Assembly: GCA_051599415.1 (NCBI GenBank)
Contig: AP039693.1
Span: 1-64,000, forward strand
Reading direction: 5' to 3'
Length of the DNA stretch: 64,000 nucleotides
Source of the DNA: Savitreella phatthalungensis
Lineage: Eukaryota
The notes beneath the pieces are model-generated. The model was not told the origin of the DNA and did no database searches. It saw only the letters and a list, made by a program, of their open reading frames with translations. The stretch's first letter is position 1. Every line of letters starts with the position of its first letter. The position numbers and the translations under genes are program-made. Below are positions 19,083 through 29,580 of this stretch, piece after piece.

Positions 19083-20249
19083 CTATCCATAAGTAGCTTC
19101 CCAAGCCAGCAGAGCCTTCGTAAGCTGCTCCATCATCTCGAGTGTTCCGCCCTCTCCTTCACCGTACTGCCAGACCTCCCAGTCCTTGTCATCTTGGCCG
19201 AGAGTCTCTGTGAACGTGGTCCATTCCTGCCGTTCTATCGCAATCTCCATCTGTGTCCGTCCAAGATATTCCAACAAGGCGCTGACACGCTTCTTCATAT
19301 CGGCGATCGATTTCACCTGTGTCAAAGGCAATGCTTGCAGAGTCGACGCTGCGCTGCCAACCTGCCGTGCTGCAGCCGTTGTATTTGTGCCGGCTTTCGT
19401 CGCTCGTGTGCGCTTGCGTGGTGTCAGATAAAGCTCGGTCGCGGACGGAGTACCTTCTCGCGAGTCTTTTCCCGAACCATTAGGATTGCCGCTGCTAGGC
19501 ACCATCGGAGCGTCAATGCCGCCAGCGATGGCACGATCCGCAGCGCTGATGCCTCGTCTTGACCTGTCACGACCGGTCGACCGTGGCCTACCTGGTACGT
19601 CTGACCCAATGGCATTTCCATCGTCTGTGGCGGGGAGCGTCTGCGTTGTGGCACTCCTCGATTTTGCTGCACCCGATGGCCGCTTCTTCTTATCAGAGGC
19701 TTCGCGCTTGACGCCGGGCAGCTTTCGCTTTTTTTCGCGGCCGTTGCCCAGTAATGCAGTCTCGGCGCCAGGCTCAGGGGATGGTGTCCTCGGCCGCTTG
19801 CTGCCATCCCGCGCCGCGGATGATTCGCGTGACGTGAGAGGTGCGCCCGACTGCTGGGCCGACAATAGCAACGCCTGCTCCAATTGCCGGTCATACGCTG
19901 TATCGCGAGAGTTCATCGTACTGCGTCGCTTGCGTGGGGGCTCAGGGACCTGATCGTCCGTATCTGGTCTTGGCGGGGACGATGCATCCGGAATGCCAAG
20001 GTACTTCGACCGACGCAGCTTGCGAGGACGTTGTATGATGCGATGAAGGTCGGGCCTGCAGAGTTCGCAAAAGTAGGTCTCCGGCACCTGACTCTCGAAT
20101 ATTAGCCCGACGCAGTAACCATGCTGCCAGACAAGACATTTGTCACATTGCACGAACAAGCCACCGTCCTCCACATCTACGTCAGAGGAATCAAGCACCA
20201 GATCCTGACTGCCACAGATGCAGCGCGTCACATCCTCCGAATCTGCCAT
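19083..20249 (-). CDS. CTI6: PHD-finger protein, Cti6-like (Rpd3L-associated)
   Basis: VTRCICG..FVQCDKCLVWQHGYCVG..YFCELCRPDLH, KRRSTMNSRD, and C-terminal MKKRVSALLEYLGRTQMEI..MMEQLTKALLAWEATYG. Confidence 0.8.
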   Translation of the reverse strand: MADSEDVTRCICGSQDLVLDSSDVDVEDGGLFVQCDKCLVWQHGYCVGLIFESQVPETYFCELCRPDLHRIIQRPRKLRRSKYLGIPDASSPPRPDTDDQVPEPPRKRRSTMNSRDTAYDRQLEQALLLSAQQSGAPLTSRESSAARDGSKRPRTPSPEPGAETALLGNGREKKRKLPGVKREASDKKKRPSGAAKSRSATTQTLPATDDGNAIGSDVPGRPRSTGRDRSRRGISAADRAIAGGIDAPMVPSSGNPNGSGKDSREGTPSATELYLTPRKRTRATKAGTNTTAAARQVGSAASTLQALPLTQVKSIADMKKRVSALLEYLGRTQMEIAIERQEWTTFTETLGQDDKDWEVWQYGEGEGGTLEMMEQLTKALLAWEATYG

Positions 20250-20487
20250 CCTCAACGTCGATGATAGCGGCCCAACGCGTGGTATAACTTGTCGTGGGAA
20301 GATGAATGGTGCTGCGATACCGATCACAAATGTCGAGCTATTGAATTCTTCCTCTGCCAGTAATTCTGCATTCGTCACGTTTGCGAGAGTTTTCCCCTTC
20401 CGTCGTCGTCGCTCATTGACCTCTTCACCGGCCCATCTGCAATCTAAGAGAAGATTCTAAGCTCTTTTGTGTTGTTGATTGGCGTGC

Positions 20488-21708
20488 ATGGCTGAACGGG
20501 TGATACTGCCGTTGCCTAGGCGGCGGGTTGCGCCTGGGCAGGATGCTACCAGTATTTCGCCATCGACGACCGCAGCCACGGCCTCCTTATCCGCAGTGTC
20601 TGCGTCGTTTCCCGGACTTTCCCTTTCACCTTCCCAGCAAGCTATTTACCAGGCGCAAGCACAGGCTGTTCGTGTGGCCTACGAATCATCGGCCATCTAT
20701 GATTCCGAGCCGGAGAGTGAGGAAGAAGAGGATGACGATTGTTCAAACTGCCGAGAATGGCTTGACAATGCCAAAAACAAGAAGAAACGCAAGATACCTA
20801 CCGGTGCTGCAATGGGTCATCAGCCCGTCACAGCAACAGCCGCTGCTGTCATCGCGTCTGGCAGCACGAATCAACACCACAATCATGCTACGCCAATCCG
20901 CAAGTCCTCTCTGCAGAGAACTCCCCTCTCTGGTGGCCCTTCCGGAAGCAATCCAAGCCGGAGACGAAAAACCTGGGACATTGGCACGACTACGGAGCAG
21001 TCTGCAGCCGCACCTGAAGGAGACTTTGATTTCGTCTGCGACTCCCCAGTTGCTCGCAATCTTCCAGCAATTCCTCCATCTCAAGTCACGTTGCCGGTCA
21101 ATGAGCCTGTAGACGTTGGCACACAAACAACGCCTACATTAGCCGAGATGGAACCGATACTGCCGATCCGTCACCGGCGCACAAAGGAGGAAAAGGAGTT
21201 TGACCGAAAGATGCTTGTAAGGCGACAAAGGAGAGAGGCTCGACGAAAGGCCAAACCCGGCGAGACGATCCCCATTTGGGTCTGTCAATTCTGTGAGTTC
21301 GAGGACGTTTTTGGCTACGCCCCTCTAGCACTCATCAGTGGCTACGACGAACGTATTCGCGCGGCTAGACGTGCCGCCCTCGAGAGGAAACGTCTACTCG
21401 AGAAGGCGCGAACTAGGGGAAAGAAGAAAAAGGCAGCTGCTGGAGGTAAGAAAGCTGGCACATTCGCCGGTGCATCCCCTGCATCCTCGCATCCTCCCGG
21501 AGCAAATGGCGGTGCGGTCCAGGCGAGCGCTCTTGATCGAGACATCTACGACGACTATGATGCGCATCTCGAACCGATACCAAGTATCGCGCAACCTTCG
21601 GTAATGCCACCACCTACTTCGAAATTGCCTGCGATTCCCGTGCACGCTCACGACAAGGGCATTGGACCAGGCGGCTGTACGTGCTGTAGCGACCCACACA
21701 TGCTATGA
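20488..21708 (+). CDS. Uncharacterised fungal protein with WVCQFCEFEDVFG motif and basic clusters
   Basis: A 406-aa ORF with KNKKKRKIP, a CxxC followed by a charged helix, and low-complexity linkers. It resembles conserved fungal hypothetical proteins as I recall them. Confidence 0.75.
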   Translation: MAERVILPLPRRRVAPGQDATSISPSTTAATASLSAVSASFPGLSLSPSQQAIYQAQAQAVRVAYESSAIYDSEPESEEEEDDDCSNCREWLDNAKNKKKRKIPTGAAMGHQPVTATAAAVIASGSTNQHHNHATPIRKSSLQRTPLSGGPSGSNPSRRRKTWDIGTTTEQSAAAPEGDFDFVCDSPVARNLPAIPPSQVTLPVNEPVDVGTQTTPTLAEMEPILPIRHRRTKEEKEFDRKMLVRRQRREARRKAKPGETIPIWVCQFCEFEDVFGYAPLALISGYDERIRAARRAALERKRLLEKARTRGKKKKAAAGGKKAGTFAGASPASSHPPGANGGAVQASALDRDIYDDYDAHLEPIPSIAQPSVMPPPTSKLPAIPVHAHDKGIGPGGCTCCSDPHML

Positions 21709-21895
21709 TATGCCGGCCATTGATAGGATCCGGAGCACAGAGGTTCTTGGAACAAGGAGAGTAAGGAGAGCAATTCATTCATTCTTTCATTTGCTCGATC
21801 GTCCAATCGTCCTGATTTGCACTTTCCCATTTAATTCGATCGAACACTTTATGTCCCAACATGCATCATCGGTGGATGCAACGTAGGAAAGGCAT

Positions 21896-23212
21896 ATGGA
21901 TGTGATAGTTGTCGGGTGTGGCCATCGCTTCAGTGCATACGAGTCGAGCTTTGTCTCCGCTGGCCTCAGAATCGCCGCTATCTGTGAGCCTGTAGCAAGT
22001 CGGCGTGTTGCTGTCGCCCGTCGCTATGGTCTGCCAGAGGATCGCGTCTTGGCAGATCATCATGCTTTAGCTTGTCTTGGAGAATGCGCTTTCGACAGTC
22101 GCGCCGTCCTCATCCTGACGCCCGACTCCTTGCACCTCTCTTGTCTCGAAAGTCTTGTCCCTCTGGGATATCATGTGCTTTGCGAGAAGCCACTCGTCAC
22201 GAGGCCGCAGGACATCGATACATTATCTGAATTGCTTCGGAAGAAGCGCGGTATCTTTGGCTGTTGCCACGTACTACGTTACAGTCCGCTGAACAAAGCA
22301 GTGCGAGAGGTTCTGCAGAGCGGTCGGCTCGGACAGTTGCTGGGCATCGATCACTGTGAGCCCGTCGGTCACGCCCACTTTGCTCACTCCTATGTCAGAG
22401 GCAACTGGGCCAGACAGGCAGATGCAGCATTTGTCTTGCTGACGAAAGCTTGTCACGATGTTGATCTTATTCATTGTTTCGTGGTCGATGCGGCGCGAGG
22501 GCGAGGAACAGCAAGGTTGACTGCCGGTGGTGATCAGCCAGATGTACACTGCACTCGAGTTGCTTCTTTCGGCAAGCTTTCACACTTCACTCGGCGCAAC
22601 AAACCTTTGGCAGCGGGAGATGCAAGTGCATGTCCTGACTGCCCTGTGCAGCAATCTTGTCCGTACAGCGCGCGACGGATCTACAACACGCGGGATGGAT
22701 TCCGTTCGGCTGCAGTCGACGCAGCAGGGGAGATCGAGTCATGCTATCAACGCTGTGTCTACGAGTGCGACAACGATGTATGCGACGACCAGGTTTGCCT
22801 CATGGACTACGATTCAGGCGTGCACGTCACGCTTTCGATGCGCTCGACGACTCTCGGGGAATGTGTCAGAAGAACCAGAATTTATGGCAGCGAAGGTGAA
22901 TTGAGCATAGAGGTTCCCATGCCTATCGACGTTACACAGTTGTCTCCAGAAGCGAAAAGCGTCGCTGTGCTTCACGACCACGTAACTGGCCATAGTGAGG
23001 TCTTGAGTGTTGCTGAAGTCGCTGGGAGTCATGGAGGCGGCGACCTCGGCTTACTTGCGTCCTTCAGAATGGCTTGCACCGCAGCAGCAGATCACGGCGT
23101 ACAAGAGGCTGAGACAATGTACATGGGACACCATGATGAAATCGTTGAGTCACATCGACTTGTGTTCGCTTTAGAGCAGGCAAGGGTTGCTCGTTGCATT
23201 ATCGAACTCTAG
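21896..23212 (+). CDS. Gfo/Idh/MocA family oxidoreductase
   Basis: VIVVGCGHR (Rossmann), HVLCEKP, CHVLRYSP, HFAHSYVRGNW, LLTKACHDVD, RCVYECDNDVCD and HGGGD. Confidence 0.92.
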   Translation: MDVIVVGCGHRFSAYESSFVSAGLRIAAICEPVASRRVAVARRYGLPEDRVLADHHALACLGECAFDSRAVLILTPDSLHLSCLESLVPLGYHVLCEKPLVTRPQDIDTLSELLRKKRGIFGCCHVLRYSPLNKAVREVLQSGRLGQLLGIDHCEPVGHAHFAHSYVRGNWARQADAAFVLLTKACHDVDLIHCFVVDAARGRGTARLTAGGDQPDVHCTRVASFGKLSHFTRRNKPLAAGDASACPDCPVQQSCPYSARRIYNTRDGFRSAAVDAAGEIESCYQRCVYECDNDVCDDQVCLMDYDSGVHVTLSMRSTTLGECVRRTRIYGSEGELSIEVPMPIDVTQLSPEAKSVAVLHDHVTGHSEVLSVAEVAGSHGGGDLGLLASFRMACTAAADHGVQEAETMYMGHHDEIVESHRLVFALEQARVARCIIEL

Positions 23213-23237
23213 AATCCATTGAGGTTGCTAACGCATT

Positions 23238-24200
23238 CTACGCAGCGACTTTCTTGCGGAGAATGTCCTTGAGTGTCTCTGCATCTTTTGCAAATGCGGC
23301 GATACCGCTTGAGAGCTTCTCGACGGCCATCGGATCATTGTTGAAGTCGAATCGGAACTTTGATTCGTCCGAGAGGTAGGATACCTTGTCCTGCTTCTCC
23401 GTAATGTTCTCGGCGCTGAGCTTCTGGTCGACCTTCTCCTGCGAGTTCGAGAGCTCCTCGAGCAGGGCAGGCGAGATCGTCAGGAAATCACATCCGGCTA
23501 GCTCCGTGATTTCTCCAACGTTACGGAAAGAAGCACCCATGACAATGGTCTTGTACCCGTGCTGCTTGTAGTAGTTGTAGATCTTTTGGACGGACTTGAC
23601 GCCAGGGTCTTCATGAGCGGCAAACGTCTTTCCCTCTTTGGCCTTGTAGTAGTCCATGATGCGGCCGACGAAAGGCGAAATGAGTGTTGTACCAGCCTCA
23701 GCGCAGGCGATGGCCTGGACGATGGAAAAGAGAAGTGTCAGATTGGTATGAATTCCCTCCTTTTCCAAAATCTTTGATGCCTGAATACCCTCCCATGTGG
23801 AGGCAATCTTAATCAAGATGCGCTCCTTGTCGATGCCGAGCTCCTTGTACAGCTCGATGATGTGGCGAGCCTTTTCCAAGGTCTTCTCGGTAGAGAAGGA
23901 GAATCGTGCATCAACCTCGGTTGACACGCGTCCGGGCACGATCTTCAGAATCTCCTTTCCGAACTCGACAAGCAATCGATCGAGAGCAGCATCGACTTGC
24001 TCGTCCTCTGTCTTTCCATGCTGCTTACCGTAGTCGACAGCCACGTCAATCAATTTTGCGTATGCCTCCTTCTTGGCTGCAGCAAGAATGAGAGATGGGT
24101 TTGTCGTGGCATCCTGGGGTTTGTACTTTGAGATTGTCTCGAAGTCACCAGAATCGGCGACACAAGTCGTGAACTTCTTGAGCTGGTCCAGGGCAGACAT
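23238..24200 (-). CDS. TAL1: Transaldolase
   Basis: [39 protein letters not shown] and MGASFR. Confidence 0.99.
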   Translation of the reverse strand: MSALDQLKKFTTCVADSGDFETISKYKPQDATTNPSLILAAAKKEAYAKLIDVAVDYGKQHGKTEDEQVDAALDRLLVEFGKEILKIVPGRVSTEVDARFSFSTEKTLEKARHIIELYKELGIDKERILIKIASTWEGIQASKILEKEGIHTNLTLLFSIVQAIACAEAGTTLISPFVGRIMDYYKAKEGKTFAAHEDPGVKSVQKIYNYYKQHGYKTIVMGASFRNVGEITELAGCDFLTISPALLEELSNSQEKVDQKLSAENITEKQDKVSYLSDESKFRFDFNNDPMAVEKLSSGIAAFAKDAETLKDILRKKVAA

Positions 24201-24885
24201 GTTTGGATATGACCTTCAAGTGTAGAGATGAGGAAAAGCTAATATACGTAAGAGGTTAGCCGGCGAATGATAGAAGTTCCGAGAAGGGCGAAAATGCGTT
24301 TCTGAGCCGATGACGATCAATCGCCGCAGTAGATCGCTCGATCACTCCCATCAATCGTATTGGTACCAGATATCCGAGAGCGAATTTGACTTCACCACGT
24401 GAATCAGCCTCTAAACTACACTGTTCACAATACATTGATGATAACGATAACGATCAATTGAGCAATCGAGTAATTCCTGCGGCCGAATACATGACGGCAA
24501 TTACTATTCTTCCACTCATAATCTGAATTGATTTACAAATTTCAGAATTTCATGCATGATCGATGCATGAAAGATGCTTGCTTGGCCAGGCTCAACTCTA
24601 GCAATGAATGATCGCAATCTCCCAAAATTTGCTTGCGGTGCCTGTGTGTCTGATACATGTACGTAATTGACCATGCACATGCAGCAAAGCAGTGATCATG
24701 CACTGCAGTATACTGTATATTGACCAGAAAGTTTTGGGAGGGCTTCAGCTTTGGTCATTGTAGCAATCAAGCTCAATCGAGTCACGATGCTTTGAGTCGA
24801 TAGACAGGTGCATGCGGTGCCACAACAACGAGGTGTAGCGCCGCCCATGACCTTCATTTTGTCTCGAGGCGCTTTGACAAAGCTT

Positions 24886-26352
24886 TCAAGCATTTCCGCG
24901 TGGCCTCCTGTCCTCTTTTATCATGTTCTTATGCAGCTCATGGACAATCTGCGACTTTCCGCGGAACGGTAGAAGGTCACCCCAGCTCGACTTTCGTGCA
25001 AATCTGTAGACATCTGAACCTTGTGATTTCGGGACCGTGGCTCGCTCGATCTCTCCCGATGGCGCGCAAACGTCCACGACAACGTGCTTGACGCGCTTCA
25101 ATGGCGGAAGCACGATCCGAGGCCAGCTATAGGCGTTCTCCACGATAGCCTTGTTTGATACTGCAGTAGTGACTGGCAATGTTTGTTGTGGGCGAGGCTG
25201 TCCATGACGGTACACGATGTATGAGTAAGGGCAGTCCTCTGTGTTCTCCTTCGCGTGCTTCGTCTTCTGGAGAAAGGGAGGTCTCTGGAGTCTCTGGGAG
25301 AAGTGGCACCATTGCCGCCTGTCTGGCTGATGGCCCTGGCGAAACATTGGACATTTGCCGTCGTGAGGGCACGGTGCGACAATATGACCTTTCTCGTCGT
25401 TGCCGCGAACCAGGAGATCTCGAGCACGGGCGATGCTCTCAAACCCCAAAGGAGTGCCACGCTCGATCAGCACGAGCACGCCGCCTGGCCGCAGACGGGC
25501 TCGAAGCTCGCGGACGAGGTCATCCCGCTTGATTGGGTGACCTTTGATGTCCGCGAATGCGTGTGACGCAATGATCAGATCATGTAACGTGCCGCGTTTT
25601 ATGTTGCCAAGCGATCGCGCGACCTTGACGTGCTCTTCGGCACGCCACAGCCTGCCGGCGCGCAATCGCAGAAAAGCGTTCGGCTCTAGAATGGTGCATC
25701 GAGGCATAGTGCTCGGAGGGTGTGGATTCCCCTGAATGAATACTTCTTGGAAGGCAGCGGCCCCGACTCCCGGACCGACGCTGACATCAAGGATGTCTTC
25801 TGGCAGCCATTCCTTACCCAAGCGCTTCCGCAGCTCCAGCATGACAATATGAGCGGCAGCATACTGTTGTGGCATCAACGCTGCCATATATGCGACTGTC
25901 TCCATGTCTGTGAAGTTGCTGCTCGCCGGCATGATTAGCTGAGTCGGTAGATCGTCGCGCTCTTCCGTACGTTTCTCGCTTTTCAACCTCAGGGCCTCGT
26001 AAAAGCGTAATGCGTGGGCTCGAATGCCAGGTCCATGCACTTCTGACACCATCTCCGCAGTATCACTCTGGATGCGCGCAGGCATCACTACCTGGCCCAG
26101 TCGATTGCTAGCGAAGCGCAAGGCATCGTCGCGTATGTTCAGCGCATCTGCATCCGTTGCGGCTTTCGACGCCGGCTCTTTCAAAGCCTCCAAAGCAGCG
26201 CGCCAGTCCTCCTCCGAGGCCTCCTCGGCATGCACGGTCACACCATCTCCGGCTGTTCCGCTGAAGATTTGGTCAATGTCAGGCTGCTTTACGGAGGCAC
26301 GAGCTCGAGTGGCCAGGCGACGGAGACCCGGCACTCCTACGCGAGTCAGCAT
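24886..26352 (-). CDS. RSM22: Mitochondrial small ribosomal subunit methyltransferase-like protein Rsm22
   Basis: Mitochondrial-type N-terminus, LIERGTPLGFESIARAR, HIVAPCPHDGKCP, CHFSQR, WPRIVLPPLKR and ARKSSWGDL. Confidence 0.93.
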   Translation of the reverse strand: MLTRVGVPGLRRLATRARASVKQPDIDQIFSGTAGDGVTVHAEEASEEDWRAALEALKEPASKAATDADALNIRDDALRFASNRLGQVVMPARIQSDTAEMVSEVHGPGIRAHALRFYEALRLKSEKRTEERDDLPTQLIMPASSNFTDMETVAYMAALMPQQYAAAHIVMLELRKRLGKEWLPEDILDVSVGPGVGAAAFQEVFIQGNPHPPSTMPRCTILEPNAFLRLRAGRLWRAEEHVKVARSLGNIKRGTLHDLIIASHAFADIKGHPIKRDDLVRELRARLRPGGVLVLIERGTPLGFESIARARDLLVRGNDEKGHIVAPCPHDGKCPMFRQGHQPDRRQWCHFSQRLQRPPFLQKTKHAKENTEDCPYSYIVYRHGQPRPQQTLPVTTAVSNKAIVENAYSWPRIVLPPLKRVKHVVVDVCAPSGEIERATVPKSQGSDVYRFARKSSWGDLLPFRGKSQIVHELHKNMIKEDRRPRGNA

Positions 26353-26431
26353 TAGACTTCAGGTACCAATGCGTGTGCAACTTAGTTTTAACAACTTCTA
26401 AATTTAGAAAGAGTGGTAGCACTTGGCTGTA

Positions 26432-26998
26432 CTAGGCTACGCGCTTCTGCGCTTTACCGATCTGGTAACCTCGTCGTTGAAGTGCCTTGACAATGGTGGG
26501 CGTGATGGCGATCGTTATGGGAACACGAATGAAGATGAACAGCGCCTTGTGAATGCCATATGCGATCGCAACCTGCGTCCAAAAGCCCGATCCGTTTTCT
26601 TGGACGGCATCCTCCTCCGGTTGATGCTTGGTCTCGGTCCCTTTTGTGGAATTCCATCCAGTATATCGGCGCACAACGTCCAGTAATGAGTGCTCGACTG
26701 CCTTGATGCGCGCTGCTCCAAACGAATGGACGAGGGCTAGGGCAAAGGCGAAGTCTACGAGCGATATGCCGAGATAGACCACAATCGCAGCACGACCGTA
26801 CTGGCTCGAGAGATGCTTCAATTTCCCACTCAGCGATGTATCTCGAATCGTTTGCCGCTGTCCCGGTCCTGATGCCTCTGTAGAATTTAGGCGTGCGCCA
26901 AAGGTGGATAGTCTGCGCCTTGCGAAGCCAGCACGCTCAGCAATCGTGCGAGCAACGGATAGTTGTTTTCCACGTGGCACCAGGAAGCATAGTAACAT
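26432..26998 (-). CDS. DUF1279 / FAM210 / Nat2-like mitochondrial membrane protein
   Basis: KLKHLSSQYGRAAIVVYLGISLVDF and WTQVAIAYGIHKALFIFIRVPITIAITPTIVKAL. The start codon is uncertain. Confidence 0.85.
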   Translation of the reverse strand: MLLCFLVPRGKQLSVARTIAERAGFARRRLSTFGARLNSTEASGPGQRQTIRDTSLSGKLKHLSSQYGRAAIVVYLGISLVDFAFALALVHSFGAARIKAVEHSLLDVVRRYTGWNSTKGTETKHQPEEDAVQENGSGFWTQVAIAYGIHKALFIFIRVPITIAITPTIVKALQRRGYQIGKAQKRVA

Positions 26999-27114
26999 AG
27001 CTGCTTGTCTGGTGCGGTCCAGCTCATGCAGACCGAAAGGCGCTCGAAAGAAGATCCTCAAGAGCAAGGACAATGACGTTTAATGACGCACGGGGGAATA
27101 GTTACAAATCAATT

Positions 27115-28530
27115 TTATCTCGCCCTACGACTTAAAAACTCTCGCACATATCTGCCGACGTCCTTACTCAGAAGGAAAGTGTCGTGTCCGAACCAGGACT
27201 GCTGCAGCGACAGCTCGGAGTATTGCACATCTTCATTCCCTGTACCCTTTATCGCATCTGCCACTTCGCGCTGGCAAGAGACGGGCATCAGGTTGTCAGA
27301 CTGGACGCCGATCACAAGGGTCGGGATCCGACGCATTGCAGCGACTCCGGCTATCAAGTCCTCCATTTCTCGACTGCCGTCCCCTCGGCCTTGCTTTTCA
27401 TCATAGGCCAGTGTTCGTGTCAGATCAGGCTGCTCTGAGAAACCGCCACGCGTTTGTAAATCCGCCAATCGATCCTGGTAGCTGCGGGAGAGATCGAACA
27501 TATCCATTGCCTTAGACACATACAGAAGGGAATTCGGATCGTAAGTGCCGATGAACTTCTCGCCGGCGTGGTCCAGGTAGGTCTCGATCAAGAAATCTGG
27601 ACAGAATGCGGGAGACCGAGCATCGTCAGCCCGCCTGTTACCAAACCTGACCTCCCACTCAGGTCCAGACCTGTATGAGATCGTTGCAATTTGACGAGCT
27701 AGCTTCATACCATGATGCGGCAAAATCTTGTCGTAGTAGAAGCCTCTTTGCCAATTCGGGTCTGCCATGATGATCTGACGTTGCGTATGCCGTAGCGCGA
27801 TCGAATATGGATGGGATTTGGCGCAGCCTGAGATGGAAACCACGTTTCGAACGCGATCTGGGTAGAGAACCGCTGTCGCAAGCGACTGCATGCCGCCCAT
27901 CGAGGATCCGACAGAAGCAAATATTTCCTGAATCCCTAGCGATTCGAGCATTCGGAATTGAGCACGTACCATGTCGAAGATAGTAACAATGGGGAATCGC
28001 GTCGCATATGGTTTCCCATCTGCGGGGTCTTTGCTGGACGGACCGGTCGAGCCGAAACAACCGCCGATCACGTTTGCGCATACGACAAAGAACTTGTCCG
28101 TATCTAGCGGTAGACCCGGACCGATATAATTTTCCCACCAACCGGGTGCAGGATTTTCTGCAGTACTGCGGGCATGGCTGCTGGCGCTGAGGCCAGTGCT
28201 TAGCAGAATGACATTATCCTTGCGCGGTGACAATGAGCCCCATGTCTCGAAAGCCACATCGAATTGGTCTAACTTGCCACCGTAGTCGCAGGCCAGAGGA
28301 TGCGCAGAGGTGTAGAGCCGTACGCCAGCGGGCGACGCTGTGTACTGCGGCTCAGGACCGCTGGTCAGCGAGTTTGCGTACTCCTGCGTACGCTCCTCCG
28401 AGGCGTCAACGCATGGAAATGCCAGTGCTGCATTCGTCCCTGTTGTGAGTCTCCGTCTATTTGCTGGCCGGATGGAATAAGCTCGTGCTATATTGCGACG
28501 AATCATGGCGGAAGCCGGCGTCATTGCCAT
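27115..28530 (-). CDS. CYS2: MetX-family serine O-acyl(succinyl/acetyl)transferase, Cys2-like, mitochondrial
   Basis: TGLSASSH (instead of the HAL motif typical of homoserine acetyltransferases), GSSMGG nucleophile elbow, TISYRSGPEW and FGHDTFL. Start is 28530 or 28506. Confidence 0.85.
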   Translation of the reverse strand: MAMTPASAMIRRNIARAYSIRPANRRRLTTGTNAALAFPCVDASEERTQEYANSLTSGPEPQYTASPAGVRLYTSAHPLACDYGGKLDQFDVAFETWGSLSPRKDNVILLSTGLSASSHARSTAENPAPGWWENYIGPGLPLDTDKFFVVCANVIGGCFGSTGPSSKDPADGKPYATRFPIVTIFDMVRAQFRMLESLGIQEIFASVGSSMGGMQSLATAVLYPDRVRNVVSISGCAKSHPYSIALRHTQRQIIMADPNWQRGFYYDKILPHHGMKLARQIATISYRSGPEWEVRFGNRRADDARSPAFCPDFLIETYLDHAGEKFIGTYDPNSLLYVSKAMDMFDLSRSYQDRLADLQTRGGFSEQPDLTRTLAYDEKQGRGDGSREMEDLIAGVAAMRRIPTLVIGVQSDNLMPVSCQREVADAIKGTGNEDVQYSELSLQQSWFGHDTFLLSKDVGRYVREFLSRRAR

Positions 28531-28728
28531 GGGCCTCCTGGTGCTTTTCCCCAACTCCGATAATTTTAGTCCGGAAGGTGGAGACTTTCCAAATGCGCCA
28601 TGTTCGTCATGACACGTGAAAATTTGATCTGAAAGAACCGACGCTGAAGAGCACCGTACAGGGGAGTTGCACAGGCATAACATTGCAGCCTGTAGAATTC
28701 GGGAACGACACTGTCTTCGTAAGCATTC

Positions 28729-29568
28729 ATGGGCAATTCGTGGAATTGGCTCTTGAGTTTCCCACCTCTGCAATGGGCGAAGACGCACATCGAAGGCCGA
28801 TTGATTGACGCACTGCGATGCGGACCGATACCCGCGCATGTCGCCTTGGTCATGGACGGCAACCGGCGCTACGCCCGCAAAATGCGTCTAGAGACCGTAG
28901 AAGGTCATGCACTTGGTTTTGAGAGTCTCAAAGGCATCTTGGAGGTCTGTTACAAAGCTGGTGTACGCTACGTAACGATCTATGCATTCTCCATCGAAAA
29001 CTTCAAACGCAGCAAGCATGAGGTCGAGGTGTTGATGGACATGGCCAAGAACAACCTTCTTGAGCTTTGTCAGCACGGCGATGTGGCTGAGCAATATGGG
29101 GTGAGGATCTCTGTGTTGGGGCGACGCGATCTACTGGGCGATGACGTTCGCAAAGTGGTCGAGCAGGCCGAGGATATCACGCGGGGGAACAAACGAGCAA
29201 TGCTCAATATCTGCTTTCCGTACACTTCTCGAGACGAAATAACAACGGCTGTTGCATCTCTCGTCGAGGACTCTGAGCGTGGACAGCTATCCACCGAGCA
29301 GATCGAAAGATTAGGCGTTCAGGACTTTGAGGCTAGACTGATGACCGCTGGCACTCCACCACCAGATATCTGGATTCGTACTTCCGGTGTCGAGCGTTTA
29401 TCTGATTTCCTGCTGTGGCAAAGCTGCAGTCCGACGACAACAATTAAATTCGTCGAGGCCTTTTGGCCCGACTTTGATCTTTGGACGCTGTTGCCAATCG
29501 TCGTCGAGTGGCAAATCGGTCAGTTGCATCGGCATCATTCAGGAATCTTCTCCTGGTATAAATCCTGA
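28729..29568 (+). CDS. RER2: cis-prenyltransferase (dehydrodolichyl diphosphate synthase)
   Basis: HVALVMDGNRRYA, YAFSIENFKR, PYTSRDEI and IRTSGVERLSDFLLWQ. Confidence 0.96.
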   Translation: MGNSWNWLLSFPPLQWAKTHIEGRLIDALRCGPIPAHVALVMDGNRRYARKMRLETVEGHALGFESLKGILEVCYKAGVRYVTIYAFSIENFKRSKHEVEVLMDMAKNNLLELCQHGDVAEQYGVRISVLGRRDLLGDDVRKVVEQAEDITRGNKRAMLNICFPYTSRDEITTAVASLVEDSERGQLSTEQIERLGVQDFEARLMTAGTPPPDIWIRTSGVERLSDFLLWQSCSPTTTIKFVEAFWPDFDLWTLLPIVVEWQIGQLHRHHSGIFSWYKS

Positions 29569-29580
29569 ATTTTTGTGTGG

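Noticed and set aside
28531..28839. N-terminal extension of the Cys2-like ORF overlapping RER2
   Set aside because: The extension shows no family similarity, and a mitochondrial-type presequence begins at the downstream ATGs.
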